A stretch of 64,000 nt of DNA from Hyphomicrobiales bacterium (lineage in GTDB: Bacteria; Pseudomonadota; Alphaproteobacteria; Rhizobiales; Beijerinckiaceae): NCBI GenBank assembly GCA_017302635.1, contig JAFLCX010000002.1:1129979-1193978 (forward strand), in the 5' to 3' direction. Made by a program: the position numbers and the translations under genes. A model generated the notes under the pieces. That model worked only from the letters and a program-made list of their open reading frames with translations, did no database searches and was not told the origin of the DNA. Shown here in pieces: positions 1-8,631 of this stretch. Position 1 is the stretch's first letter; every line of letters begins with the position of its first letter.

Positions 1-19
1 GGTTTCGTCGAATCGTTTC

Positions 20-40
20 ATTGTGCAGCGCACAATTTTT
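20..40 (+). terminator. Putative intrinsic terminator of a gene ending upstream of the window
   Basis: ATTGTGC-AGC-GCACAAT perfect 7-bp stem (20-36) followed by TTTT (37-40), ahead of the pdhA leader. Confidence 0.4.
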
Positions 41-244
41 GCCATTTTTAAACCTGCCATGCGCTGCCGGCATAGGTCTGCTTCTCTTTAAAGCGTTCAG
101 AAGCTCTCGCCTTTGTGGCAAAAAGCTCTAATCCTATAAACGGAGCAGCAAGCGCCGGAGGCCGGGCGAAAGCCCCGAGCAAGGTGCAGCTGGGGAAGCG
201 AAACGCGTAGAGCCCGCCATGCGGGCAGAGGATGCGAGGGAGAG

Positions 245-1312
245 ATGGCTGCAAACGGAGCCCAGATGGCGGGCAACGCGACCAAGCGCGCGCCTGCACC
301 GGCGAAAAAGGCCGGCAAATCGGAATCTGCCAAAGCGGTTTCAGGCCCGAAACCCTTCACCAAGGAAGAGGACCTGCGCGCCTACCGCGACATGCTCCTC
401 ATCCGCCGCTTCGAGGAAAAGGCCGGCCAGCTTTATGGCATGGGCCTGATCGGCGGTTTCTGCCATCTCTATATCGGCCAGGAAGCGGTTGTCGTTGGCA
501 TGCAGATGGCGACCATCGAGGGTGATCAGGTGATCACCGGCTATCGCGATCACGGCCACATGCTCGCCTGCGGCATGGAAGCCAATGGCGTGATGGCCGA
601 ACTCACCGGGCGTCGCGGTGGCTACTCGCGCGGCAAGGGCGGTTCGATGCATATGTTCAGCCGCGAGAAGAATTTCTATGGCGGCCACGGTATCGTTGGC
701 GCGCAGATCGCGCTCGGCACCGGCCTCGCTTTTGCAAACCGCTACAATTCCAATGGCAATGTCAGCCTCGCCTATTGCGGTGACGGCGCTGCCAACCAGG
801 GCCAGGTCTACGAGAGCTTCAACATGGCGGAGCTGTGGAGCTTGCCGGTCGTTTATGTGATCGAGAACAACCGCTACGCGATGGGCACCTCGGTGAGCCG
901 CGCCTCGGCGCAGACCGATTTCTCGAAGCGCGGCGTCTCGTTCAACATCCCCGGCGAGCAGGTGGATGGCATGGATGTGCAGGCCGTGCGCGAAGCCGCG
1001 ATGCGGGCCATCACGCATGCGCGCTCCGGCAAGGGGCCGTATATTCTCGAAATGCAGACGTACCGCTACCGCGGCCACTCGATGTCCGATCCGGCGAAAT
1101 ATCGTTCGAAGGACGAGGTCGAGAAAATGCGCAACGAGCACGACCCGATCGAGCAGGTGCGCAACCGTCTTCTCGGCAAGCACAAGATCTCCGAGGAGGA
1201 GATCAAGGCGGTCGATGCGGAAATCCGCAAGATCGTCAATGAAAGCGCGGAATTCGCGACGCATGATCCCGAGCCGGATGCTTCCGAGCTCTGGACCGAT
1301 ATCGTCAAGTAA
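245..1312 (+). CDS. pdhA: Pyruvate dehydrogenase E1 component, alpha subunit
   Basis: 355-aa ORF with TPP-dependent E1-alpha signatures (GFCHLYIGQEA, CGDGAANQGQVYES, YRYRGHSMSDP). SD-like GAGGGAGAG at 235-243. First gene of the pdhA-pdhB-pdhC-lpd order. Confidence 0.95.
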   Translation: MAANGAQMAGNATKRAPAPAKKAGKSESAKAVSGPKPFTKEEDLRAYRDMLLIRRFEEKAGQLYGMGLIGGFCHLYIGQEAVVVGMQMATIEGDQVITGYRDHGHMLACGMEANGVMAELTGRRGGYSRGKGGSMHMFSREKNFYGGHGIVGAQIALGTGLAFANRYNSNGNVSLAYCGDGAANQGQVYESFNMAELWSLPVVYVIENNRYAMGTSVSRASAQTDFSKRGVSFNIPGEQVDGMDVQAVREAAMRAITHARSGKGPYILEMQTYRYRGHSMSDPAKYRSKDEVEKMRNEHDPIEQVRNRLLGKHKISEEEIKAVDAEIRKIVNESAEFATHDPEPDASELWTDIVK

Positions 1313-1348
1313 TCCGCCCCTCCTTTTCTCGCGCACCGGATTTTCCCC

Positions 1349-2728
1349 ATGCCGATCGACATTCTCATGCCCGCGCTCTCGCCCACGATGGAGAGCGGAA
1401 CCCTCGCCAAATGGCTGAAAAAAGAGGGCGACAAGATCAAATCCGGCGATGTGATCGCCGAAATCGAGACCGACAAGGCGACCATGGAAGTGGAAGCCGT
1501 GGATGAGGGCGTGCTCGCCAAGATCCTGATCGGCAACGGCACCGAGAATGTCGCGGTCAACACCAAGATCGCGATCATCGCCGCCGAGGGCGAGGATGTT
1601 GGCGCTGCCGCTTCCGGCGGCGGAGCTGCCCCGGCCCCCGTCGCTGCTCCGGTTGTCGCGCCGGCACCGGCCGCGACCGTTCCCGCCGCGCCGAAAACCG
1701 AGATGCCGGCCTATGACGCGTCATCGGAAGTCCCCGCAGGCACCGAGATGGTGAAAACCACGGTGCGTGAGGCGCTTCGTGATGCGATGGCCGAGGAAAT
1801 GCGCCGAGATGACAAGGTTTTCGTCATGGGCGAGGAAGTCGCGGAATATCAGGGTGCTTACAAGGTCACTCAGGGGTTGTTGCAGGAATTCGGTGCCCGC
1901 CGCGTGATCGATACCCCGATCACCGAGCATGGTTTCGCAGGCGTCGGCGTCGGCGCGGCGATGACGGGCCTAAGGCCCATCGTCGAGTTCATGACCTTCA
2001 ACTTCGCGATGCAGGCTATCGACCACATCATCAACTCGGCGGCCAAGACGCTTTACATGTCCGGCGGCCAGCTCGGCTGCCCCATCGTGTTCCGTGGCCC
2101 GAACGGGGCGGCGGCGCGCGTCGCGGCCCAGCACAGCCAGTGCTACGCCGCCTGGTACAGCCAGATCCCCGGCCTCAAGGTCGTGATGCCCTATACCGCC
2201 GCCGATGCGAAGGGCCTGCTCAAGTCCGCGATCCGCGACGAGAACCCGATCATCTTCCTCGAGAACGAAATCCTCTATGGCCAGTCCTTCGACGTGCCGA
2301 AGATGGATGACTGGATTGTCCCGATCGGCAAGGCACGCGTGGCGCGTGTGGGCCATCATGTCACGCTCGTGGCGTTTGGCATCGGCATGACCTATGCCAT
2401 GAAGGCCGCCGATGCGCTGGCCGGCGAGGGGATCGAGGCCGAGGTCATCGACCTGCGCACGATCCGCCCGATGGATGTCGCGACGGTCGTGCGCTCGATC
2501 CAGAAAACCAATCGCTGCGTCGCAATCGAAGAGGGCTGGCCGCAATCCGGTGTCACTTCCGAGATCGGCATGAAGATCATGGAAGAGGCGTTCGATTATC
2601 TCGATGCGCCCGTGATCCGCGTCACCGGCAAGGATGTGCCGATGCCCTATGCCGCGAACCTCGAGAAGCTGGCGCTTCCCACGGTGGCGGATGTCGTCGC
2701 GGCGGCCAAAGCCGTGCTGTATCGGTGA
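1349..2728 (+). CDS. pdhB: Pyruvate dehydrogenase E1 component, beta subunit with N-terminal lipoyl domain
   Basis: 459-aa ORF. Lipoyl domain ([13 protein letters not shown]) and Ala/Pro linker fused to the transketolase-like E1-beta core ([21 protein letters not shown]), as known for alphaproteobacterial E1-beta. Confidence 0.95.
   Translation: MPIDILMPALSPTMESGTLAKWLKKEGDKIKSGDVIAEIETDKATMEVEAVDEGVLAKILIGNGTENVAVNTKIAIIAAEGEDVGAAASGGGAAPAPVAAPVVAPAPAATVPAAPKTEMPAYDASSEVPAGTEMVKTTVREALRDAMAEEMRRDDKVFVMGEEVAEYQGAYKVTQGLLQEFGARRVIDTPITEHGFAGVGVGAAMTGLRPIVEFMTFNFAMQAIDHIINSAAKTLYMSGGQLGCPIVFRGPNGAAARVAAQHSQCYAAWYSQIPGLKVVMPYTAADAKGLLKSAIRDENPIIFLENEILYGQSFDVPKMDDWIVPIGKARVARVGHHVTLVAFGIGMTYAMKAADALAGEGIEAEVIDLRTIRPMDVATVVRSIQKTNRCVAIEEGWPQSGVTSEIGMKIMEEAFDYLDAPVIRVTGKDVPMPYAANLEKLALPTVADVVAAAKAVLYR
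1403..1510 (+). repeat. Lipoyl-domain DNA tract, copy 1 (104/108 nt identical to 3250-3357)
   Basis: Hand alignment gives 4 mismatches, all at third codon positions. Both copies encode the identical [36 protein letters not shown]. Confidence 0.9.
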
Positions 2729-2732
2729 TGTG

Positions 2733-3182
2733 ATGAGGGCAATCCTAGCATTTATGGTGCTTATGATTGCAGGAAACGCTCTCGCTCAAACACGGCAAGA
2801 GTTGCAATCTTGTCGTGCCATTTCTGATAGCTTGCAGAGACTTTCTTGCTTTGATCGTGTTGTAGCACTGCCCAATTCAGTTACACCCGGCACCGACTCG
2901 CAAGAGATTGGTGTTGTCGATTTGATAACCGACGGCCCACAATTGCGGGGAAAAACGGTTCGAGTTCGCGGATTTGCTATTTCTGCTGGCGAAACAATGT
3001 TCCTCTATTCGGCAGCAGGTCAAATGACTGCGGTGATGGTGAACATGAGCAAGGTCGACCGAGAAGGTCGACGTCTTGCATTAACGAGCTGCGGTGGTGG
3101 CTGCGAGATTGTTGTCGCGGGCCAAGCAACCTACCAGTTTAATGTCACGGGGCTGGCCGCGACATCGATTCAAATCAAATAA
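2733..3182 (+). CDS. Hypothetical secreted protein (orphan, low GC) inserted between pdhB and pdhC
   Basis: ATG 2733 lies inside ORF-track ORF 2634..3182, whose upstream part overlaps pdhB. Signal-peptide-like N-terminus MRAILAFMVLMIAGNALA-Q; four Cys. About 46-50% GC by hand count versus about 65% in flanks. No family recognised. Confidence 0.6.
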   Translation: MRAILAFMVLMIAGNALAQTRQELQSCRAISDSLQRLSCFDRVVALPNSVTPGTDSQEIGVVDLITDGPQLRGKTVRVRGFAISAGETMFLYSAAGQMTAVMVNMSKVDREGRRLALTSCGGGCEIVVAGQATYQFNVTGLAATSIQIK

Positions 3183-3195
3183 AGGTTTTGCGCCA

Positions 3196-4521
3196 ATGCC
3201 CATCAACATCCTGATGCCCGCCCTCTCGCCCACGATGGAAAAGGGCAACCTCGCCAAATGGCTGAAAAAAGAGGGTGACAAGATCAAATCCGGCGACGTG
3301 ATCGCCGAGATCGAGACCGACAAGGCGACCATGGAAGTGGAGGCCGTGGATGAGGGCATTCTGGCGAAAATCGTGGTCGCCGCGGGCGCGCAGGATGTCG
3401 CGGTCAACGCGCTGATCGGCATCATCGCCGCCGAGGGTGAGGATGTGAAAGCCGCCGCTGCGGGGGGAGGGGCCGCTTCGGCTCCCGCACCTGCCGCCGC
3501 TGCACCTGCCGCGCCGGTTGCTGCCGCTCCGGCTGCTTCGCCGGTCGCGCAGGCCGCCGCTCCCGTTTCAGGAGGTTCCCGCGTGTTTGCATCCCCGCTC
3601 GCCAAGCGCATCGCGAAAGAAGCCGGCATCAACCTCGCGGCCGTCGCCGGGTCCGGCCCGCATGGCCGCATCGTGATGGCCGATGTCGAGGCTGCGAAAG
3701 CCGGTGGTGGCGCGAAGATCATCCCGATGCCGGGTGCCGCCGCGCCCGCTGCGGCCCCGGCCGCTGCACCGATGGCCTCCGGCCCCTCGGCCGATGCGAT
3801 CAAGAAGCTCTTTGCCGAAGGTTCCTACGAGGAAGTGCCGCATGACGGCATGCGCAAGACCATCGCGCGCCGCCTCCTGGAATCGAAGCAGACGGTTCCG
3901 CATTTCTACGTCACGGTTGATTGCGAACTCGATGCGCTCCTCGCCCTGCGCGAGCAGATCAACAAGGCCGCTCCGGTGAAGGACGGGAAGCCCGCCTACA
4001 AGCTCTCGGTCAACGATATGGTGATCAAGGCGATGGCGATGGCGCTGAAGGCGGTGCCGGAAGCCAACGTCTCGTGGACCGACAATGCCATGCTCAAGCA
4101 CAAGCACGCCGATGTCGGCGTCGCGGTGTCGATCCCCGGCGGCCTGATCACGCCGATCATCCGCGATGCCTGCCACAAGACCCTCTCGGCGATTTCGAAC
4201 GAGATGAAGGATCTCGCGGCGCGCGCGAAAGCGAAAAAGCTCAAGCCCGAGGAATATCAGGGCGGCACGACAGCGGTTTCGAACCTCGGCATGTTCGGGG
4301 TGAAGGATTTCGCGGCCATCGTGAACCCGCCGCACGCCACGATCCTCGCGGTGGGCGCGGGCGAGAAGCGCGCGGTCGTGAAAAACGATCAGCTCGCCAT
4401 CGCCACCGTGATGTCCGTCACGCTCTCGACCGATCATCGCGCGGTGGACGGGGCCCTGGGTGCGGAACTCATGGCCGCTTTCAAGGGCTATATCGAGAAC
4501 CCGATGGGGATGCTCGTCTAA
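3196..4521 (+). CDS. pdhC: Pyruvate dehydrogenase E2, dihydrolipoamide acetyltransferase
   Basis: ATG 3196 ([17 protein letters not shown]) preferred over ORF-track start 3094. Contains a lipoyl domain, Ala/Pro linkers, an E3-binding domain (ASPLAKRIAKEAGINL) and the acyltransferase catalytic motif DHRAVDGA. Confidence 0.93.
   Translation: MPINILMPALSPTMEKGNLAKWLKKEGDKIKSGDVIAEIETDKATMEVEAVDEGILAKIVVAAGAQDVAVNALIGIIAAEGEDVKAAAAGGGAASAPAPAAAAPAAPVAAAPAASPVAQAAAPVSGGSRVFASPLAKRIAKEAGINLAAVAGSGPHGRIVMADVEAAKAGGGAKIIPMPGAAAPAAAPAAAPMASGPSADAIKKLFAEGSYEEVPHDGMRKTIARRLLESKQTVPHFYVTVDCELDALLALREQINKAAPVKDGKPAYKLSVNDMVIKAMAMALKAVPEANVSWTDNAMLKHKHADVGVAVSIPGGLITPIIRDACHKTLSAISNEMKDLAARAKAKKLKPEEYQGGTTAVSNLGMFGVKDFAAIVNPPHATILAVGAGEKRAVVKNDQLAIATVMSVTLSTDHRAVDGALGAELMAAFKGYIENPMGMLV
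3250..3357 (+). repeat. Lipoyl-domain DNA tract, copy 2 (104/108 nt identical to 1403-1510)
   Basis: See copy 1. Weaker similarity (44/54) extends back to both start codons. Confidence 0.9.
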
Positions 4522-4531
4522 GGAGAGAGTC

Positions 4532-5176
4532 GTGAAAACGATCCTCGCCTATGGTGACAGCCTCACCTGGGGGTCTGACCCGACGCGCGGCGGCGCGCGG
4601 CATGCCGCTGCGCATCGCTGGCCGGAGGTGCTTCAGCGCGAACTCGGGGCCGGTTTCACCGTGATTTCCGAAGGTCTGCGCGGCCGCACCACGGCCTATG
4701 ACGAGCATTGCGCGGATTGCGACCGCAACGGCGCGCGCTTCCTGCCCACCGCGCTTTATACTCATGCGCCGCTCGATTGCGTCATCCTCGCGCTCGGCAC
4801 GAATGACCTCAAGCCCGCGATTGCCGGCCCGGCCGCCGCCGCGATGCTGGGGCTGCGGCGTTGCATCGAGATTGTCCAGCGCCATGCGCATCGCGTGCCG
4901 GGGCAGGGCACTTCGAAAGTGCTCGTGGTCTCGCCGCCGCGCATCGTGAAGACGCCTGATCCGTTCTACGCCGATATGTTCGAAGGCGCCGTCGCCGAGA
5001 GCGCGAAGCTCGCGGGGTTCTATGCGAGCCTTGCGAAAGAACTCGGCTGCGGCTTTTTCGATGCCGGCACTGTGGCCTCGCCGCTCGATATCGATGGCGT
5101 GCATCTCGATGCCGAGAACACCGCCGCGATCGGGCGCGCGCTGGCACCGGTAGTGCGCGATCTTCTCGCCCATTGA
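4532..5176 (+). CDS. SGNH/GDSL-family hydrolase (arylesterase-like)
   Basis: GTG 4532 preceded by AGGAGAG (4521-4527). GDSLTWG block with the catalytic Ser, then GTND and DGVHLD blocks. An arylesterase-like gene also sits between pdhC and lpd in Sinorhizobium (from memory). Confidence 0.8.
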   Translation: MKTILAYGDSLTWGSDPTRGGARHAAAHRWPEVLQRELGAGFTVISEGLRGRTTAYDEHCADCDRNGARFLPTALYTHAPLDCVILALGTNDLKPAIAGPAAAAMLGLRRCIEIVQRHAHRVPGQGTSKVLVVSPPRIVKTPDPFYADMFEGAVAESAKLAGFYASLAKELGCGFFDAGTVASPLDIDGVHLDAENTAAIGRALAPVVRDLLAH

Positions 5177-5241
5177 CCCCGATCAAGGAGGATCGAAACG
5201 AGGCAGTTCAGGCTCAACTTCACCCAAACAAGGAGGAAGAC

Positions 5242-5478
5242 GTGAGTCATACGCCGCACGAACTGCACGACGAATTTCCCGAGCATGCCGCGAAGATCAC
5301 CGCGCTCAAGACATCCGATGCGCATTTCGCGAAGCTCGCGGAGAAATATCATGAGGTCAACCGGGCCGTGCATCGCGCCGAAACGCATGTCGAGCCGATG
5401 GACGACCTCGCCATGGATACCCTGCGCAAGCAGCGCATGAAGCTGAAAGACGAGATTTACGCGATGCTCCGCAGCTAG
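5242..5478 (+). CDS. Small helical protein, DUF465/YdcH-like
   Basis: GTG 5242 with AGGAGG at 5231-5236; 78 aa. LKTSDAHFAKLAEKYHEVNRAVHRAE ... LRKQRMKLKDEIYAML resembles DUF465 (recognition from memory). Confidence 0.6.
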   Translation: MSHTPHELHDEFPEHAAKITALKTSDAHFAKLAEKYHEVNRAVHRAETHVEPMDDLAMDTLRKQRMKLKDEIYAMLRS

Positions 5479-5503
5479 GAGGCATCCGGGGAAAGGAGGG
5501 GCA

Positions 5504-6016
5504 GTGACCGACGAAAAACCGCGCCGCACGCGCTCGTTCCTCTCCGGACTTTCCCTGCCGATTATCTCGTTGCTGATCGCTTCGCTGTCGCTGATGGCGT
5601 CGATCAGCCAGAGCTACAATTACCGGCGCAACATCGAGAGCGTGCAGCAGAACGTGCTGCGCGCCGAGAATCTCAAGACCTGCCGAGAGATCATCGAGGT
5701 GTTCTTCGCCTTCCGCCTGCGGGCCGAGGAGGCGAACGCACGCGGCAGGGAGGTTGCTGCCGACCTTCAGGCCAGCACAAGGCGCGAGCTGAAGAGCCTC
5801 GTCTACCGCTTCGGTGCTATTGGCACGCATCTCGCGAATTTCGCGCCCGACGCCGCGCGCGAGCGCTATTCGCGCCTCTCCTGGATGCTGAACGATGTCG
5901 CCGAGAAGGCGATGGGACTCAGTCTGGCTGAATTCGACACCCGTTTTTCTGAAATCGACACGGCTTTCGCGACCCTCAACGAGGACTGCGTGAAGGCCAC
6001 GAAACTGCACTCATGA
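5504..6016 (+). CDS. Hypothetical membrane-anchored protein
   Basis: GTG 5504 preceded by AAAGGAGGGG (5491-5500). One N-terminal TM helix (LSLPIISLLIASLSLMASI) followed by about 130 aa of helical soluble region. No family recognised. Confidence 0.55.
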   Translation: MTDEKPRRTRSFLSGLSLPIISLLIASLSLMASISQSYNYRRNIESVQQNVLRAENLKTCREIIEVFFAFRLRAEEANARGREVAADLQASTRRELKSLVYRFGAIGTHLANFAPDAARERYSRLSWMLNDVAEKAMGLSLAEFDTRFSEIDTAFATLNEDCVKATKLHS

Positions 6017-6040
6017 GATCACCAGCAAGGAAGCCTTCCC

Positions 6041-7480
6041 ATGTCCGCTTATGACGTCATCATCATCGGTTCCGGCCCCGGCGGCTATGTCACCGCGATC
6101 CGCGCGAGCCAGCTCGGACTCAAGACCGCGATCATCGAGCGCGAGCATCTGGGCGGCATTTGCCTCAACTGGGGGTGCATTCCCACGAAAGCGCTGCTGC
6201 GCTCGGCCGAAATCTACCATTACGCGACGCATGCCAAGAATTACGGCCTGAAGCTCGAAGGCACGATCACGCCCGATACGGCCGAGGTCGTGAAGCGCTC
6301 GCGCGGGGTTTCGGCGCGCCTTAATGGCGGCGTCGGCTTCCTGATGAAGAAGAACAAGATCGACGTGATCTGGGGCGAGGCGAAGCTCTCCAAGCCCGGC
6401 GAGGTGATTGTTTCGGAAACGAAAAAGCCCGCCGTGCAGCCGCAGAACCCCATCCCCAAGGGCGTGCAGGGGCCGGGCACCTACACGGCGAAACACATCA
6501 TTGTCGCCACGGGCGCTCGCCCGCGCGTGCTGCCGGGCCTTGAGCCCGATGGCAAGCTGATCTGGACCTATTTCGAGGCGATGGTTCCGCAGGCCATGCC
6601 GAAATCGCTCATCGTGATGGGGTCGGGCGCCATCGGCATCGAGTTCGCGAGCTTCTATCGCACGATGGGCTGCGATGTGACGGTCGTCGAGGTGATGGGG
6701 CAGGTGATGCCGGTCGAGGATGCCGAAATCTCCGGCATTGCCCGCAAGGCCTTCGAGAAGCAGGGCATGAAAATCCTCACCAACACCAAGGTCACGAAGG
6801 TCGAGAAGGGTGCGAATTCCGTCACCGCCCATATCGAGGATGACAAGGGCGCGAAGCAGACGATCACGGCCGAGCGGATGATTTCTGCCGTGGGCGTGGT
6901 CGGCAACATCGAGAATCTCGGCCTTGAGGCTTTGGGCATCAAGACCGATCGCGGCTGCATCGTCACCGATGGCTATGGCCGCACGAATGTGCCGGGCATC
7001 TACGCCATTGGCGATGTCGCCGGCCCGCCGATGCTTGCGCACAAGGCCGAGCATGAAGGCGTGATCTGCATCGAGCATATCAAGGGGCTGCACGTTCACC
7101 CCATGGACAAGGCGAAAATCCCCGGCTGCACCTATTGCCACCCGCAGGTGGCGAGCGTCGGCCTCACCGAGGCCAAGGCGAAGGAAGCGGGCTACACGCT
7201 GAAAGTTGGCCGCTTCTCGTTCGCGGCGAACGGCAAGGCCATCGCGCTCGGCGAGGATAACGGGCTCGTCAAAACCATATTCGACGCCAAGACCGGCCAG
7301 CTTCTCGGCGCGCATATGGTGGGCGCCGAGGTGACAGAACTCATTCAGGGCTATGTGGTGGCGATGGGCCTCGAGACCACTGAGGAAGACCTGATGCACA
7401 CCATCTTCCCGCATCCCACGCTCTCGGAAATGATGAAGGAAAGCGTGCTCGACGCCTATGGAAAAGTGCTGAATGCGTGA
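6041..7480 (+). CDS. lpd: Dihydrolipoyl dehydrogenase (E3)
   Basis: 479 aa. FAD GxGxxG (IIIGSGPGGY), redox-active disulfide GGICLNWGCIPTK and C-terminal HPTLSE interface motif. Confidence 0.95.
   Translation: MSAYDVIIIGSGPGGYVTAIRASQLGLKTAIIEREHLGGICLNWGCIPTKALLRSAEIYHYATHAKNYGLKLEGTITPDTAEVVKRSRGVSARLNGGVGFLMKKNKIDVIWGEAKLSKPGEVIVSETKKPAVQPQNPIPKGVQGPGTYTAKHIIVATGARPRVLPGLEPDGKLIWTYFEAMVPQAMPKSLIVMGSGAIGIEFASFYRTMGCDVTVVEVMGQVMPVEDAEISGIARKAFEKQGMKILTNTKVTKVEKGANSVTAHIEDDKGAKQTITAERMISAVGVVGNIENLGLEALGIKTDRGCIVTDGYGRTNVPGIYAIGDVAGPPMLAHKAEHEGVICIEHIKGLHVHPMDKAKIPGCTYCHPQVASVGLTEAKAKEAGYTLKVGRFSFAANGKAIALGEDNGLVKTIFDAKTGQLLGAHMVGAEVTELIQGYVVAMGLETTEEDLMHTIFPHPTLSEMMKESVLDAYGKVLNA
7454..7480 (+). 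repeat. Direct repeat copy 1 (authentic 3' end of lpd)
   Basis: GCCTATGGAAAAGTGCTGAATGCGTGA. The last 15 nt (7466-7480) recur perfectly at 8076-8090, and 23/27 nt match 8064-8090. Confidence 0.9.
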
Positions 7481-7679
7481 CAATCGAAGCCAATCCGGCC
7501 CAGCCTCCTCGCTGTTCCTGCCGATCTTCATCGGCGGGGCGGCGGGATGGGTTGTGCCCTACATGCTGCTGAAGTCACCGCTGACAGGCGATCGCTTTCT
7601 CGATGGCGTGATCGGCCTCTTGGTCTGCTGCATCATCGGAGGCGTTATTGGCGCCATCTGGCGGGGGCGCGGAAAGTGA
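7473..7679 (+). CDS. Small membrane protein (68 aa, two predicted TM helices)
   Basis: The ATG lies in the last codons of lpd (8-nt overlap) and inside the 15-nt repeat. GC3-rich codons. Hydrophobic segments LFLPIFIGGAAGWVVPYMLL and GVIGLLVCCIIGGVIGAIW. Confidence 0.45.
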   Translation: MRDNRSQSGPASSLFLPIFIGGAAGWVVPYMLLKSPLTGDRFLDGVIGLLVCCIIGGVIGAIWRGRGK

Positions 7680-7778
7680 ATGACGGTGGGTCGCTGAAGC
7701 GCGAGAGAAGATGCTGAACGGTTGAGGGAATTTCCCGAGACCAAGGACATTCTAGAGGCTCGAGAGGAAACCCGAACC

Positions 7779-8000
7779 ATGAAGGCCGCATGCCAGCGCT
7801 TCTTCCATTGGGGGATCTTGCCCGGGTTGGTGATCGTCGTTGTAGACGTTGTCTTTGGTCTCAACTCCTACGGCAATAAAGCAGCGCAGCAGAATCTCTG
7901 GATAGCGTGCGTTGCGATGGGAATTGCGGGCATATTTCTCGCTCCGTTGGCCATCCGGGCCATCCGATGGGGCGACGCGCTGTTCAAGACAGAGAAGTAA
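7779..8000 (+). CDS. Small membrane protein (73 aa, two predicted TM helices)
   Basis: ATG 7779 preceded by GAGAGGAAA; ORF-track start 7722 is an alternative. About 56% GC in a 100-nt hand count. No family recognised. Confidence 0.45.
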   Translation: MKAACQRFFHWGILPGLVIVVVDVVFGLNSYGNKAAQQNLWIACVAMGIAGIFLAPLAIRAIRWGDALFKTEK

Positions 8001-8063
8001 CCGGCAGAAAGCGAAGCTGTGAGCATTCCCACCTCCCGAAACTTCGAACCGATGGACCGGATG

Positions 8064-8090
8064 GCCTGTGGTAGGGTGCTGAATGCGTGA
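8064..8090 (+). repeat. Direct repeat copy 2 (ghost lpd 3' end)
   Basis: GCCTGTGGTAGGGTGCTGAATGCGTGA would encode ACGRVLNA*, compared with AYGKVLNA* at the real lpd end. It lies exactly 610 nt downstream of copy 1. Confidence 0.9.
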
Positions 8091-8628
8091 GGGGGCGTGG
8101 CTTATCCAGCAGTCCGTCTCTCTGGGTGGCCGGCTGGTTTACGGAGCAATCGACGCGGCCTTGGCCTTGGCGCTTTGGTTTGGCGTTTCGCTTGTAACCT
8201 GCCCTGGGATTTATGTGATTGTCCGACCACGACATATCCCTGTTGCTCCATGCGACTGGTATGTCATGAGCGTCTTGTTGATTTGGGTCGGACTGTTCGC
8301 GATGTCGGTTGTTCTGCATCACAAATTCGGAGGTTCTGTCGGCAAGCTGGTCCTTGGCTATCGAACGGTCTCTTTGGCAGGCGAACGCCTGACATGGCGT
8401 CAGGCTGCAATTCGCAGTTGCGCCTTGATTGCGATGGGCTTGCTCATTTTTCTGGGTGGTTCTCTCATCGCAGTCGCCATTGGATTATGTGCATGGGCCT
8501 CGCTTGCTCTTGGCCTGATTTCAGCCACCGAAGAAAACCGTCAGAGCGAGTTGGAACGACTGCTGGGAATCGTGACCTTGAGAAAACAAGACTTGGACGC
8601 ATTTTGGGCTCAAAGTCAGGCGGAATAA
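8083..8628 (+). CDS. RDD-family-like integral membrane protein
   Basis: 181 aa with several TM helices. GRLVYGAIDAAL and GGSVGKLVLGYRTVSLAGERLTWRQAAIR resemble the RDD domain (from memory). The start ATG lies in repeat copy 2. GC is lower than the genome background. Confidence 0.55.
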   Translation: MREGAWLIQQSVSLGGRLVYGAIDAALALALWFGVSLVTCPGIYVIVRPRHIPVAPCDWYVMSVLLIWVGLFAMSVVLHHKFGGSVGKLVLGYRTVSLAGERLTWRQAAIRSCALIAMGLLIFLGGSLIAVAIGLCAWASLALGLISATEENRQSELERLLGIVTLRKQDLDAFWAQSQAE

Positions 8629-8631
8629 CCA

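Noticed and set aside
212-226. GCCCGC-CAT-GCGGGC hairpin in the pdhA leader
   Set aside because: A short 6-bp stem with a 3-nt loop, common in GC-rich DNA. There is no supporting conservation or repeat evidence.
3081-3803. 240-aa Ala-rich - strand ORF
   Set aside because: It is the reverse complement of the Ala/Pro linker region of pdhC, a compositional artefact.
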